This document shows, piece after piece, positions 19,117 to 28,489 of a stretch of DNA of 64,000 bases; the first letter of the stretch is position 1; each line of letters starts with the position of its first letter. Where the stretch lies: NCBI GenBank assembly GCA_016215625.1, contig JACRIW010000058.1, forward strand, positions 32,252 through 96,251, written 5' to 3'. The notes beneath the pieces were generated by a model. The model was given only the letters and a program-made list of their open reading frames with translations. It was not told the DNA's origin and did not search any database. Both the position numbers and the translations under genes were made by a program. The stretch comes from Candidatus Eiseniibacteriota bacterium (GTDB lineage: Bacteria > Eisenbacteria > RBG-16-71-46).

Positions 19117-19911
19117 ATGTCCCGCTTCGGATTCACGGCGTCGTTCGTTCTCGCGGCGTCGCTCGTCGCGGCGTCGGCCGCGCTCGCGCAGACCGACCCG
19201 CCCGCCGCTCCCGATTCGACGTCCTCGTCCGCGCCGGCCGAAGTGCCGGCGGCCGTCCCCGATTCGAGCGTGGCGCTGCCGCCCACGCCGCCGCCCGCTC
19301 CGCCCGCGACCCCGCAGTCTCCCGCGAGCCTGCTCGGCGCGAACTCGCCACGGCCGGCGCGCCCTCACCAGATGACGCCGCGCGCCGAGGGCGCGATCCG
19401 GCAGGAACTCGACCAGCACGCGTTGGTGATCTCGGCGGCGGACGCCGACCTCGCCGCGGCGAAGAAGCGCCGCGCGGAGGCCAAGGCCACGGTCGAGATC
19501 AAGAAGCGGGAAATCGACGTGCTCGAGGCGCGCATCAAGGCGGCCAAGACCGCGAAGGACGAGCCGACGCGCCAGAGCTTCGAAGGGGAGAAGAAACGCC
19601 AGGAGGCGATGCGCGAGTTCTTCCAGAAGACCGAGGACGTCGAGGAGGCCGCGATGGACGAGGCCAAGGCGCGGGGCGACTGGGCGCGTGCGGCGGTGCG
19701 TGCGGCGCAGCTCGAGATGGCGCTCGTCGGGCGCGCGGGCGTGGCGCTCAACGATTCCGACGGCGGGCTCTTCAAGCAGGAGCAGCAGTGGTTCGAGGCG
19801 CGCAAGGTCGCGGGCGCGGCGCAGGAGAAACTGGCGAACAAGGTGCAGTCCTGGATGGACCGCAAGCAGAAGCTCTATCGCGCGTGGGCGGACTTCCTCG
19901 CCGGCAAGTGA
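19117..19911 (+). CDS. Secreted Pro-rich / coiled-coil hypothetical protein
   Basis: AAGGAGGAAGC ribosome-binding site before the ATG at 19117. Signal peptide MSRFGFTASFVLAASLVAASAALAQ, then a Pro/Ser-rich linker, then a long charged heptad-like helix (KKRRAEAKATVEIKKREIDVLEARIKAAK...). Confidence 0.65.
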   Translation: MSRFGFTASFVLAASLVAASAALAQTDPPAAPDSTSSSAPAEVPAAVPDSSVALPPTPPPAPPATPQSPASLLGANSPRPARPHQMTPRAEGAIRQELDQHALVISAADADLAAAKKRRAEAKATVEIKKREIDVLEARIKAAKTAKDEPTRQSFEGEKKRQEAMREFFQKTEDVEEAAMDEAKARGDWARAAVRAAQLEMALVGRAGVALNDSDGGLFKQEQQWFEARKVAGAAQEKLANKVQSWMDRKQKLYRAWADFLAGK

Positions 19912-19925
19912 ACGCGCGACGCGAA

Positions 19926-19958
19926 AAGGCCCGCCGGATGGTTCGTCCGGCGGGCCTT
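19926..19958. terminator. Bidirectional hairpin terminator between convergent genes
   Basis: AAGGCCCGCCGGA-TGGTTCG-TCCGGCGGGCCTT is a perfect 13-bp stem. It lies between the stops at 19911 (+) and 19979 (-). Confidence 0.55.
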
Positions 19959-19978
19959 CGCACGCGTGGGTGCGGCGC

Positions 19979-21436
19979 TCAGATGTCGCCCTCGGCCGCC
20001 TTCACCCATCTCGCGTAGGCCCACGTGCCGACCGCCGAGGCGAGCCCCACGGCCACGAACGGGTACCAGAGCTGGTAGGGGTGGTAGGTGTTCCAGAGCA
20101 GCGTGGTCGCGGCCGACGGGTCGAGGTGCGTCGTGCGCTGCAGCGCCTCCATCGCGTTCGTGCGGTCGACGCCCGCCGGCACCCCGCCGTGTTCCTGCAG
20201 GTAGCGCAGCGCGAGCCCGGCCTTCTCGCCCATCCGGCCGTAGAGATCGCCGGCCATGAACGAGCCGTACGCCCAGCCGATCGCGGTCGGCATGTTCGCG
20301 TAGCCCATGTACAGGCCCTTCTTGCCCTCGGGCGCGATCACGCCGAGGTACTCGTTCATCTTCGGGCTCGCGAGCATCTCGCCGACCGCGAACAGTGCGA
20401 TGCCGAGCAGGCACGCGGTGCCGCTCATCGTGAAACCGGCCGCGAGCAGGCCCGCCGACGAGATCACGATGCCGAGGAAGATGCTCGTCACCCGGCGCAT
20501 GCGCGAGACGAGATGCGAGATCCAGACGACGAACAGCACGATGAGCAGGCTGTCGAGGTTGATCATCCACTCCTGCGCCAGCATCGGGCCGCGCGGCGAC
20601 TGCGTGACGAACATCGCCGGCAGGTGCAGCGACTTCACGATCGCGGTGGAATCCACCCAGTCCACGATGAAGTTCGGGAGCAGGTCGAACAGCTGCATGA
20701 ACATGAGCCAGAAGCCCGACATGATCGCGATGAAGACGAGCAGCCGGACGTTGAAGAGGTTCGAGAGCGTGTGCATCGCGGTCTCGAGGAAGTTCGCCTT
20801 CTGGTTGCCGCCGGCCGGAATGTCGGGGTAGGTGAACAGCATCGCGAAGTTGAGCGACACGAGCACCGCGCAGCCGAAGAACACGGTCGGCCACGACCAG
20901 CCGTACAGGAAGTGGGCGAGCGGCGGTCCGAGGAACGCGCCGACGTTCACGAGCATGTAGAAGAGTCCCCAGCCCACGCCCGAGGTGCGCTCGGTGAGCG
21001 TCGTCTGGAGCGAGCCCCACACGCCGGGCTTGAAGATCGCGGTGCCGAACGCGAGCACGAGGCAGCCGATCGTGAACGGCCAGAACTCGCGCTGCGTCGC
21101 CATGAGCAGGTAGCCCGCGATCTTGATCGCGATCGAGAACGCGATGGTCTTCTTGTAGCCGTAGCGGTCCGCGAAGCCGCCCGAGAAGATCGGGACGCCC
21201 GTCTGGACGAGCGCCCACAGCATGAAGATCTGGCCCTTCTGCGCCTGCGTGAAGTGCAGGCCGTGCACTTCGTCGGCCTGCGCGATGTAGATCGGGATCA
21301 CGACGCGCACGCCGTAGTAGGCGAGACGCTCGAGCATCTCCATGACGTTGAGCATCCAGAAGGCGCGGGGCAGCTGCGAGAGCTGCTTCCACAATCCTTC
21401 GCGTTCTTCGCGAACCACTCCTGGCATCATGCTCAT
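19979..21436 (-). CDS. POT/PTR2-family proton-dependent oligopeptide transporter (MFS)
   Basis: PTR2 signatures LERLAYYG and GGFADRYGYKKTIAFSIAIKIAG, with about 14 transmembrane segments. A GGAGG ribosome-binding site lies before the MSMM start cluster at 21436/21430. Confidence 0.8.
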   Translation of the reverse strand: MSMMPGVVREEREGLWKQLSQLPRAFWMLNVMEMLERLAYYGVRVVIPIYIAQADEVHGLHFTQAQKGQIFMLWALVQTGVPIFSGGFADRYGYKKTIAFSIAIKIAGYLLMATQREFWPFTIGCLVLAFGTAIFKPGVWGSLQTTLTERTSGVGWGLFYMLVNVGAFLGPPLAHFLYGWSWPTVFFGCAVLVSLNFAMLFTYPDIPAGGNQKANFLETAMHTLSNLFNVRLLVFIAIMSGFWLMFMQLFDLLPNFIVDWVDSTAIVKSLHLPAMFVTQSPRGPMLAQEWMINLDSLLIVLFVVWISHLVSRMRRVTSIFLGIVISSAGLLAAGFTMSGTACLLGIALFAVGEMLASPKMNEYLGVIAPEGKKGLYMGYANMPTAIGWAYGSFMAGDLYGRMGEKAGLALRYLQEHGGVPAGVDRTNAMEALQRTTHLDPSAATTLLWNTYHPYQLWYPFVAVGLASAVGTWAYARWVKAAEGDI

Positions 21437-21689
21437 GCATCCTCCGGGACCTTCGTCGCTGCGGACCAGTACGGCAGTTCCCGCCAGCGTAGCCCGGAGC
21501 AAGCGCGCCGTGCGAGAACGAAATCGCCGCACGGCCCGCGTCCGTGCGCCCGTCCGCGCGCGTTCGTCGCGAGTTCTTCCGCACGCGTGGCGCGCGCGCC
21601 GCGCCGGTGGCTCGACCGTGGAGCGGTCGCGTGCGACGAAGGCACGGTGTGCCGGACCCGTGACGTGCCCACCCCTCGAGGAGATCGCC

Positions 21690-22787
21690 GTGCCGCGCCA
21701 TGCGTTCGTCCTGTTCGCCCTGCTGTGCCTCGCCGTCCCGCCCGCACGCGCGGCGGAGCCACCTGCGGGACCGCCGCCGCTCACCGCGAGCGAAGCCGCG
21801 CCGGGCGTCTGGCTGTTCCGCACCGAGCCCTACGGCGACGCCGGGCTCGACGGCAACTCGGTCGCGATCGTCACGAGCGAAGGCGTGCTGATGCTCGACG
21901 CGAACGGCACCCCCGCGGCGGCGCGTGCGGTGCTCGCGAAGCTGCGCACGATCACGAAGCAGCCCGTGCGCTGGCTCGTGCTGTCGCACTGGCACTGGGA
22001 CCACTGGTACGGCGCCGAGGTCTACCGCGACTCGTTCCCGGGCCTGCAGATCGTCGCGCACGAGCGCACGCGCGCGCTCATGGACGGCCCGGTCCAGGCG
22101 TTCAACCGGGACGGGCTCGAGTCGCAGTTGCCCGGGCACCTGCACGCCGTCGAGTCGCGCCGCGACACCGCGACGGGGGAGCGGCGCGCGCGACTCGCCG
22201 CGCACGCGGAGCGCGACCGGTTCTTCCTCGAGCAGAAGCGCGCCGTCCGCCGCACGCTGCCGAACGTGACGTTCACCGATTCGCTCACCATCTTCGCGGG
22301 CGGGCGCGAGATCCGCGTGCTGCACGTGGACCGCGCGATCACGCCCGGCGACGCGTTCGTGTGGCTGCCGCGCGAGGGCGTGCTCGCCACGGGCGACCTG
22401 CTGATCGATCCGCTCACGTTCGCGCTCTTCTGCCATCCCGACGGCTGGATCCGCACGCTGCAGTACCTCGCGGCGCTGGACGCGCGTGTGATCGTGCCCG
22501 GTCACGGCGCACCGATGCACGACGAACGGCGGCTCGCCGCAACGCTCGAACTGCTGCAGCTCGAGCGCGAGATCGCGCACGGCGCGCGCCGCGGCGGAGT
22601 GCCGCGAGCCGCCGTCGCCGGCATGGTGATGGCCGAGCCCCGGGTGCTCGCGCTGCGCGACCAGCTCACCGGCGGCGACCACACGCTCGACGAGGACTTC
22701 GCGACCTACCTCGTGGAATGGTTCGCGACGCGAGCGTGGGACGAGGCCGGCGGACCGCTCGGCGACGCGATTCCCACGGCGCCGTGA
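21690..22787 (+). CDS. Secreted metallo-beta-lactamase-fold hydrolase
   Basis: GTG at 21690 follows a GAGGAG ribosome-binding site. Signal peptide VPRHAFVLFALLCLAVPPARA. HxHxDH motif SHWHWDHWYG, with downstream His and Asp ligands (VPGHGAP). Confidence 0.75.
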   Translation: MPRHAFVLFALLCLAVPPARAAEPPAGPPPLTASEAAPGVWLFRTEPYGDAGLDGNSVAIVTSEGVLMLDANGTPAAARAVLAKLRTITKQPVRWLVLSHWHWDHWYGAEVYRDSFPGLQIVAHERTRALMDGPVQAFNRDGLESQLPGHLHAVESRRDTATGERRARLAAHAERDRFFLEQKRAVRRTLPNVTFTDSLTIFAGGREIRVLHVDRAITPGDAFVWLPREGVLATGDLLIDPLTFALFCHPDGWIRTLQYLAALDARVIVPGHGAPMHDERRLAATLELLQLEREIAHGARRGGVPRAAVAGMVMAEPRVLALRDQLTGGDHTLDEDFATYLVEWFATRAWDEAGGPLGDAIPTAP

Positions 22788-22897
22788 GCTGCCGTCGCGG
22801 ATTGTCCCCGGCACGGACCGTGTGCTCTCCTGTTCGCGGCGGCTTCCCGTCGCATCCCCGGAACGACCGGCGGACGCCGCCACGGAGGGACACGTCC

Positions 22898-23812
22898 ATG
22901 CGGAAGCACCTCTTTCGACGCCTCGCCCTGCTGCTCGCCACGTTCACGCTGGCTTCCCCCGCAGCGGCGGGACGCGCGCCGACGCTCGTCTCGACCGCGT
23001 GGCTGCAGCAGCATCTCTCCGACACTTCGCTGGTCGTGCTGCATGCGGCGAACTCGCGTGCCGACTACGACGCCGGTCACGTTCCGGGGGCGCGCTTCGT
23101 GCCGTGGTCGGCTTACGCCGGTCCGCACGACAGCCTCAGCGTCGAGCTGCCCGGCGAGGCGCGCTTCGATTCGCTGCTCGAGGCCGCGGGTGTGCGCGAC
23201 GGCGACCGGATCGTGCTCACCGGCGGGCCGGTCACGACCGTGGCGCGGCTGCTCGTGACGCTCGACGCCTACGGTCTCGGCGATCGCGCCTCGATCGTGG
23301 ACGGCGGCATCGACGCGTGGCGCGACGAAGGCCGTCCGGTTTCGCGCGACTCGGTCGCCGGGCGCGGCGGGCACGTCACGCTGCGTCCGGACGCAGGGCG
23401 CGTGGTGGACGCCGCGTGGCTGCGCGCGCACGCTCCCGCGGACGTGGCCCGCATCGCGGTCGTGGACGCGCGCACGCCCGAGTTCTTCGAAGGGCTCGCC
23501 GCCGGGAACATGCCGCGTGCCGGCCGGCTGCCCGGCGCGGGCAACGTGCCCTACACGTGGCTCACCGGCGAACTCGGCCGCTACCGCGACGCGAAACAGC
23601 TCCGGCGCCTCTTCGCGCGCGCGGGCGTGAGCCCGGGCGACACCGTGGTCACCTACTGCCACATCGGGATCCAGGCCTGCGCCGCGTACGTCGCCGCACG
23701 CACGCTCGGGCACGAAGTCGTGTTCTACGACGGCGCGTACGAGGACTGGAGCCGCCGCACGGAACTCCCCGTCGGCAAGGGCCCGGCGGGCGCCGCCGAG
23801 GGCCGTCACTGA
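22898..23812 (+). CDS. Secreted tandem-rhodanese protein (thiosulfate/3-mercaptopyruvate sulfurtransferase-like)
   Basis: GGAGGGA ribosome-binding site before the ATG at 22898. Signal peptide MRKHLFRRLALLLATFTLASPAAAG. Two rhodanese-like halves; the second carries a candidate active-site loop YCHIGIQA. Confidence 0.75.
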   Translation: MRKHLFRRLALLLATFTLASPAAAGRAPTLVSTAWLQQHLSDTSLVVLHAANSRADYDAGHVPGARFVPWSAYAGPHDSLSVELPGEARFDSLLEAAGVRDGDRIVLTGGPVTTVARLLVTLDAYGLGDRASIVDGGIDAWRDEGRPVSRDSVAGRGGHVTLRPDAGRVVDAAWLRAHAPADVARIAVVDARTPEFFEGLAAGNMPRAGRLPGAGNVPYTWLTGELGRYRDAKQLRRLFARAGVSPGDTVVTYCHIGIQACAAYVAARTLGHEVVFYDGAYEDWSRRTELPVGKGPAGAAEGRH

Positions 23813-23850
23813 CCGCCCTCGGGAATCGCCGTCCCACAACCGGACACCTC

Positions 23851-23882
23851 GCGCCGCCGCTCCCGATCGGGAGTGGCGGCGC
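23851..23882 (+). terminator. Hairpin terminator after the rhodanese gene
   Basis: GCGCCGCCGCTCCC-GATC-GGGAGTGGCGGCGC is a 14-bp stem with one G-U pair. It starts 39 nt after the stop. Confidence 0.45.
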
Positions 23883-23985
23883 AAGCGTCTGTGGCGCAAC
23901 GCGCTGAAGAAGAGTTCGTCCACCGCGCGCCCGGAGGTGTAACCCCGGCTCGGGCCTCTCCGTCGAAGCGGCACACGGAGGGGCC

Positions 23986-25227
23986 ATGGACATTCCCATT
24001 CAGAAGAAGCGTCGCGCGCGCTGGCCTTACCTGCTCGGGGGAGGAGCCGCGCTCGCCCTCGTCACGATCGGGCTGCTGAGCCTCAAGCCGGCCGGGCCCA
24101 CGGTCGAGCGCGCCACGCTGCTCGTCGACACCGTGCGCCGCGGCGAGATGCGGCGCGACGTGCGCGGCAACGGCACGCTCGTGCCCGAGGACCTGCGCAT
24201 CGTCTCGGCGCTCACCGCCGGACGGATCGAGCGCATCGTCGCGCGCCCGGGCACGAAGGTCGAGGCGGGCAGCGTGCTGCTCGAGATGAGCAACCCCGAC
24301 GTGCAGCTGCAGGCGCTCGACGCCGAGCGGCAGCTCACGCTGGCCGAGGCCGAACTCGCGACGCAGCGCGCCTCGCTCGAGACGCAGCGGCTCGCGGTCG
24401 TCAGCGCGCTCGCCGCGGCGCGCACCGAGCTGCGCGAGGCCGAGCGCCAGGTGCGGGTCGCGCAGCGGCTCGCGGCCGACGGGCTCACGTCCGGCATGGA
24501 CATCGAGCGCGCGCAGGATCGCGCGACCGAAGCGAAGGAACGGCACGAAAGCGAACTGCGCCGGCTGCAGGTGGTCGAGGAGGCGACACGCGCGCAGCTC
24601 GAACTGCGCCGCAGCGAGGTGGACCGGCTGCGCTCGATCGCGGCGTTCCAGCGCCAGCGTGTCTCGTCCATGACCGTGCTCGCCGGACAGAAGGGCGTGG
24701 TGCAGGCGCTCGCGCTCCAGCCCGGGCAGTGGGTGAACCCGGGACAGGAACTCGCCCGCGTCGCCGGCCAGGACCGGCTCAAGGCCGTGCTCATGGTGCC
24801 GGAGTCGCAGGCGCGCGACCTCGCGCTCGGCCTGCGCGCGAAGGTGGACACGCGCGACGGCGTCGTGGACGGCCACGTCTCGCGCGTCGATCCCGCCGTG
24901 CAGGGCGGCACCGTCGCGGTGGACGTCTCGCTCGACGGCACGCTGCCGCGTGCGGCGCGCCCGGACCTGTCGGTGGACGGCACGATCGAGATCGACCGGA
25001 TCGCGAACACGCTCTACGTGGGCCGTCCGGCGGACGGCTCGACCGAGGCCGAGACGCAGCTGTTCCGGCTCGACCCGGGCGGCCGCACCGCGACGCGCGT
25101 CACCGTGCGCGTCGGGCGCGGCGCCGCCGACGTGGTCGAGATCCGTGGCGGATTGAACGAAGGCGATCGCGTGATCCTCAGCGAGATGTCGCAGTGGAAC
25201 ACGGTGACGCGAGTGACCCTGAAGTAG
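23986..25227 (+). CDS. HlyD/MacA-family periplasmic adaptor (membrane fusion protein)
   Basis: N-terminal membrane anchor, a coiled-coil hairpin, and beta-barrel/lipoyl domains. A GGAGG ribosome-binding site lies 5 nt before the ATG. Confidence 0.85.
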   Translation: MDIPIQKKRRARWPYLLGGGAALALVTIGLLSLKPAGPTVERATLLVDTVRRGEMRRDVRGNGTLVPEDLRIVSALTAGRIERIVARPGTKVEAGSVLLEMSNPDVQLQALDAERQLTLAEAELATQRASLETQRLAVVSALAAARTELREAERQVRVAQRLAADGLTSGMDIERAQDRATEAKERHESELRRLQVVEEATRAQLELRRSEVDRLRSIAAFQRQRVSSMTVLAGQKGVVQALALQPGQWVNPGQELARVAGQDRLKAVLMVPESQARDLALGLRAKVDTRDGVVDGHVSRVDPAVQGGTVAVDVSLDGTLPRAARPDLSVDGTIEIDRIANTLYVGRPADGSTEAETQLFRLDPGGRTATRVTVRVGRGAADVVEIRGGLNEGDRVILSEMSQWNTVTRVTLK

Positions 25228-25259
25228 CACCCCGGCGCTCCCCGCTCCGAGGAGGAAGG

Positions 25260-26015
25260 ATGACCGTGACGACCCAGGAACGCCCCGCTCCGGCCGCCAC
25301 CGCGGCACACGGCGCCGCGCGCGAAAGCGCGCGGGCGCTGCTGCAGCTCGAGAACCTGTGCAAGGTGTTCACGACGGACGAAGTCGAGACGCACGCCCTC
25401 TCCGGCGTGCACCTCGAGATCCGCAAGGGCGAGTACGTCGCCATCTCGGGGCCGTCCGGCTGCGGCAAGTCCACGCTGCTGTCGATCCTCGGGCTGCTCG
25501 ACACGCCTTCGTCCGGGCGCTACCTGCTCGACGGCGTGCCGGTCGAGAACCTCTCGTTTCCCGAGCGCGCGCGCATCCGGAACCGGCAGATCGGGTTCGT
25601 GTTCCAGAGCTTCAACCTGATCGGCGACCTCACCGTGTTCGAGAACGTCGAACTGCCGCTCACGTACCGCGGCATCGGCGCTTCCGAGCGCCGTCGCATG
25701 GTCGGGGAGGCGCTCGAGCGCGTGAGCATGGCGCATCGTGCGCGCCACCTGCCGGCGCAGCTCTCGGGCGGCCAGCAGCAGCGTGTCGCCGTCGCGCGAG
25801 CGCTCGCCGGCGATCCGCTCATCCTGCTCGCCGACGAACCCACGGGGAACCTCGACTCGACGAACGGCGAGGCGGTGATGGACCTGCTGCACGAACTGCA
25901 CGGCATGGGCTCGACGATCTGCATGGTCACGCACGATCCGCGCTTCGCGCGTCACGCCGAACGCACGGTGCACCTGTTCGACGGCCGCGTCGTGGACGAG
26001 CGCCGCGAGCGCTGA
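25260..26015 (+). CDS. ABC transporter ATP-binding protein (MacB/LolD-type)
   Basis: Walker A GPSGCGKST, the LSGGQQQRVAVARAL signature, and Walker B ILLADEPTGNLD. GAGGAGGAAGG ribosome-binding site. Confidence 0.9.
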   Translation: MTVTTQERPAPAATAAHGAARESARALLQLENLCKVFTTDEVETHALSGVHLEIRKGEYVAISGPSGCGKSTLLSILGLLDTPSSGRYLLDGVPVENLSFPERARIRNRQIGFVFQSFNLIGDLTVFENVELPLTYRGIGASERRRMVGEALERVSMAHRARHLPAQLSGGQQQRVAVARALAGDPLILLADEPTGNLDSTNGEAVMDLLHELHGMGSTICMVTHDPRFARHAERTVHLFDGRVVDERRER

Positions 26016-26031
26016 GCGAAAGGGACCCTCG

Positions 26032-28443
26032 ATGGACACCTTGATCCAGGACCTGCGTTACGCCCTGCGCTCGCTCCGCCGCACTCCGGGTTTCACGGCC
26101 GTCGTCGTGGCCGTGATGGCGCTCGGCATCGGCGTCAACGTGAGCATGTTCAGCATGATCTACGGGATCATGTTCCGGCCCTGGCCCCTGCCGGAGCCCG
26201 ACCGCCTCCTGACCCTCGTCCAGCTCGACCTGCTGCACTCGGGCAACACCCAGCCGATCTCGTGGCTGAACTACTTCGAACTGCGGGATCGTTCGAAGTC
26301 GTTCTCGGCGTTCGGCGGCTACTGGGACCATCAGGCGATCGTGACGCTCGACCGCGATCCCGAGCGCTTCCACGGTGCGAGCATCACCGCGGGCGTGCTG
26401 CCCGCGCTCGGCGTGACCCCCGTGCTCGGCCAGAACTTCCGGCCCGACGAGGAAGTCTGGGGGCGCAACTGGACGCAGGTCATCATCAGCGACCGCATCT
26501 GGAAGACGCGCTTCGGCGGGCGCACGGACGTGCTCGGCAAGACCCTCCGGCTCAACGGCCGCACGCGCGAGATCGTCGGCGTGATGCCGCCGGAGGTGCG
26601 CTTCCCGGAGCTCGAGGACTTCTGGATCCCGGCCGGCTTCGACGCGAAGGACCAGAACCGCACCGACGGCCTGTTCAACATCGCCGCGCGCCTCAAGCCG
26701 GGCGTCTCGCGGGAACAGGCGAACGCCGAGCTCGACGCGATCTGGAAGTCGATCGTGGCCGCGCACCCGGAGATGAAGCAGACGGGCGTCGAGGCGTTCG
26801 CCATCCAGGAGCGGTGGAGCCGCGGTCCGAGACCTTTCATGATCGTGATGCTCCTCGCGGTCGTGTGCGTGCTGCTGATCGCGTGCGCGAACGTCGCGAA
26901 CCTCCTGCTCGCACGGGCGGCGACGCGCCGCCGCGAGATCGGACTGCGCGTCGCGCTCGGCGCTTCGCGCGGTCGCGTGGTGCGCCAGCTGCTCACCGAA
27001 AGCGTGCTCCTCGCGCTGCTCGGCGGCGGCGCGGGCGTCGCGCTCGGCATGTGGGGCAACACCATCTGGCCGCGCGGCATCCCGATGGAACTGCCGTGGT
27101 TCCTGCGCTGGGACATCGATGGTCCCGTGCTCGCGTACACGGTGGTGCTCACCATGCTCGCCGGCGTCGTGTTCGGGCTGGCGCCCGCGCTACACGCCTC
27201 CGACGGCAATCTCGTCGAGGCTCTCCGCGAAGGCGGGGCGCAGGCCGGCACGTCCCGCGGCGGGCAGCGGCTGCGCAACGGGCTCATCGTCGCGGAGATC
27301 GCGTTCTCGATCGTGCTGCTGATCGCGGCCGGGCTCATGATCCGCACGTTCATGCACTACGACCAGGCCGGGAAGAAGCTGCGCACCGAAGGCATCGTCG
27401 CGGGGCGCGTGCTGCTGCCGATCGCGCTCTACCCGGACGAGCCCTCGCGCGTGCGCTTCTTCACGGAGCTGCAGCGCCGTTTGCTCGCCGAGCCGGGTGT
27501 GGTCGCCGCCTCGGCGATCAACAACCTGCCGCTCGGTCGCGACAACTGGACCCGCACGGTGATCACGCCGGACGCGAAGGACGACGTGAGCGGCCCGAAC
27601 TGCGCGATGTGGACGCCGATGCCCGGCGCGCTCGCGACGCTCGGGATCCCGATCCGGAAGGGGCGCGACTTCACGCTGCAGGACGACTCGACGAGTGCGC
27701 GGGTCGCGCTCGTGAGCGAGCAGGCGGCCAAGCGGCTCTACCCGGGTCGCGACCCCATCGGGCAGCGGCTGCGGCTCGCGGGCATGCCGGATTCGCTCGG
27801 CTGGGTCACCGTCGTGGGCGTGACGGGTGACGTCGTGCAGGGCGTCGAATCCGACGAAGCGCCCGTGGGGAGCGTGTGGGTGCCGCACGCGCAGGAGCCG
27901 GGGCAGATGCTGTGGTGGGTGGTCGAGGCGAAGGGCTCGGGGGCGCAGGGTGCGGCCGCGCTGCGCCGCGCCGTGCGCGCGATCGATCCCGACATCGCCG
28001 TCTACGAGATCCGCTCGATGCGCGAGCAGTTCCGCTTCGCGCTCTGGGTGCGCAGGCTGTTCGCCTCGATGATCGGCGTGTTCGGCGTGCTCGCGCTCGT
28101 GATCGCGGCGATCGGGTTGTACGGCGTGATGGCCTACAACGTGGCGCAGCGCACCCGCGAGATCGGCATCCGGATGGCGCTCGGCGCGGAGGCCTCGATG
28201 GTGCTGCGCATGGTCGTGGGGCAGGCGCTGCGGCTGACCGCCATCGGCATCGCCATCGGGCTCGCCGTGGCCTTCGGAGTCACGCGCTTCATGGCGGCGA
28301 CGATCCAGGGGGTGAGCCCGACCGATCCACCGACGTACACCACGGTGACGCTGCTTCTGGCATGCTCCGGACTGATCGCGGCGTGGGTGCCGGCCTGGCG
28401 GGCCACGCGCGTGAACCCGATGCTGGCGCTGCGGGCGGATTGA
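26032..28443 (+). CDS. ABC transporter permease with two FtsX domains (MacB-type, about 800 aa)
   Basis: The N-terminal MDTLIQDLRYALRSLRRTPGFTAV is typical of this family. Two four-transmembrane FtsX modules are separated by large periplasmic domains. Confidence 0.85.
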   Translation: MDTLIQDLRYALRSLRRTPGFTAVVVAVMALGIGVNVSMFSMIYGIMFRPWPLPEPDRLLTLVQLDLLHSGNTQPISWLNYFELRDRSKSFSAFGGYWDHQAIVTLDRDPERFHGASITAGVLPALGVTPVLGQNFRPDEEVWGRNWTQVIISDRIWKTRFGGRTDVLGKTLRLNGRTREIVGVMPPEVRFPELEDFWIPAGFDAKDQNRTDGLFNIAARLKPGVSREQANAELDAIWKSIVAAHPEMKQTGVEAFAIQERWSRGPRPFMIVMLLAVVCVLLIACANVANLLLARAATRRREIGLRVALGASRGRVVRQLLTESVLLALLGGGAGVALGMWGNTIWPRGIPMELPWFLRWDIDGPVLAYTVVLTMLAGVVFGLAPALHASDGNLVEALREGGAQAGTSRGGQRLRNGLIVAEIAFSIVLLIAAGLMIRTFMHYDQAGKKLRTEGIVAGRVLLPIALYPDEPSRVRFFTELQRRLLAEPGVVAASAINNLPLGRDNWTRTVITPDAKDDVSGPNCAMWTPMPGALATLGIPIRKGRDFTLQDDSTSARVALVSEQAAKRLYPGRDPIGQRLRLAGMPDSLGWVTVVGVTGDVVQGVESDEAPVGSVWVPHAQEPGQMLWWVVEAKGSGAQGAAALRRAVRAIDPDIAVYEIRSMREQFRFALWVRRLFASMIGVFGVLALVIAAIGLYGVMAYNVAQRTREIGIRMALGAEASMVLRMVVGQALRLTAIGIAIGLAVAFGVTRFMAATIQGVSPTDPPTYTTVTLLLACSGLIAAWVPAWRATRVNPMLALRAD

Positions 28444-28489
28444 CGCCCGGGCGAACATGGCCTCCCGGACGTCCGGAGTGTTCCCTCGC

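Noticed and set aside
17884-19419. Upstream ~510 aa of the listed 942-aa minus-strand ORF (16591..19419)
   Set aside because: Only the portion from the ATG at 17883 downward encodes a coherent secreted protein. The upstream part runs antisense or off-frame across the AEC transporter and the coiled-coil gene and is pure Arg/Gly/Ala low complexity.
19688-23812. 1374-aa plus-strand ORF spanning the antisense of the POT transporter and the MBL gene region, and the 1002-aa minus-strand ORF at 19875..22883
   Set aside because: Only the last 304 aa of the plus-strand ORF, the rhodanese from the ATG at 22898 with its ribosome-binding site, have protein-like composition. The rest are GC-driven open frames that overlap well-supported genes.
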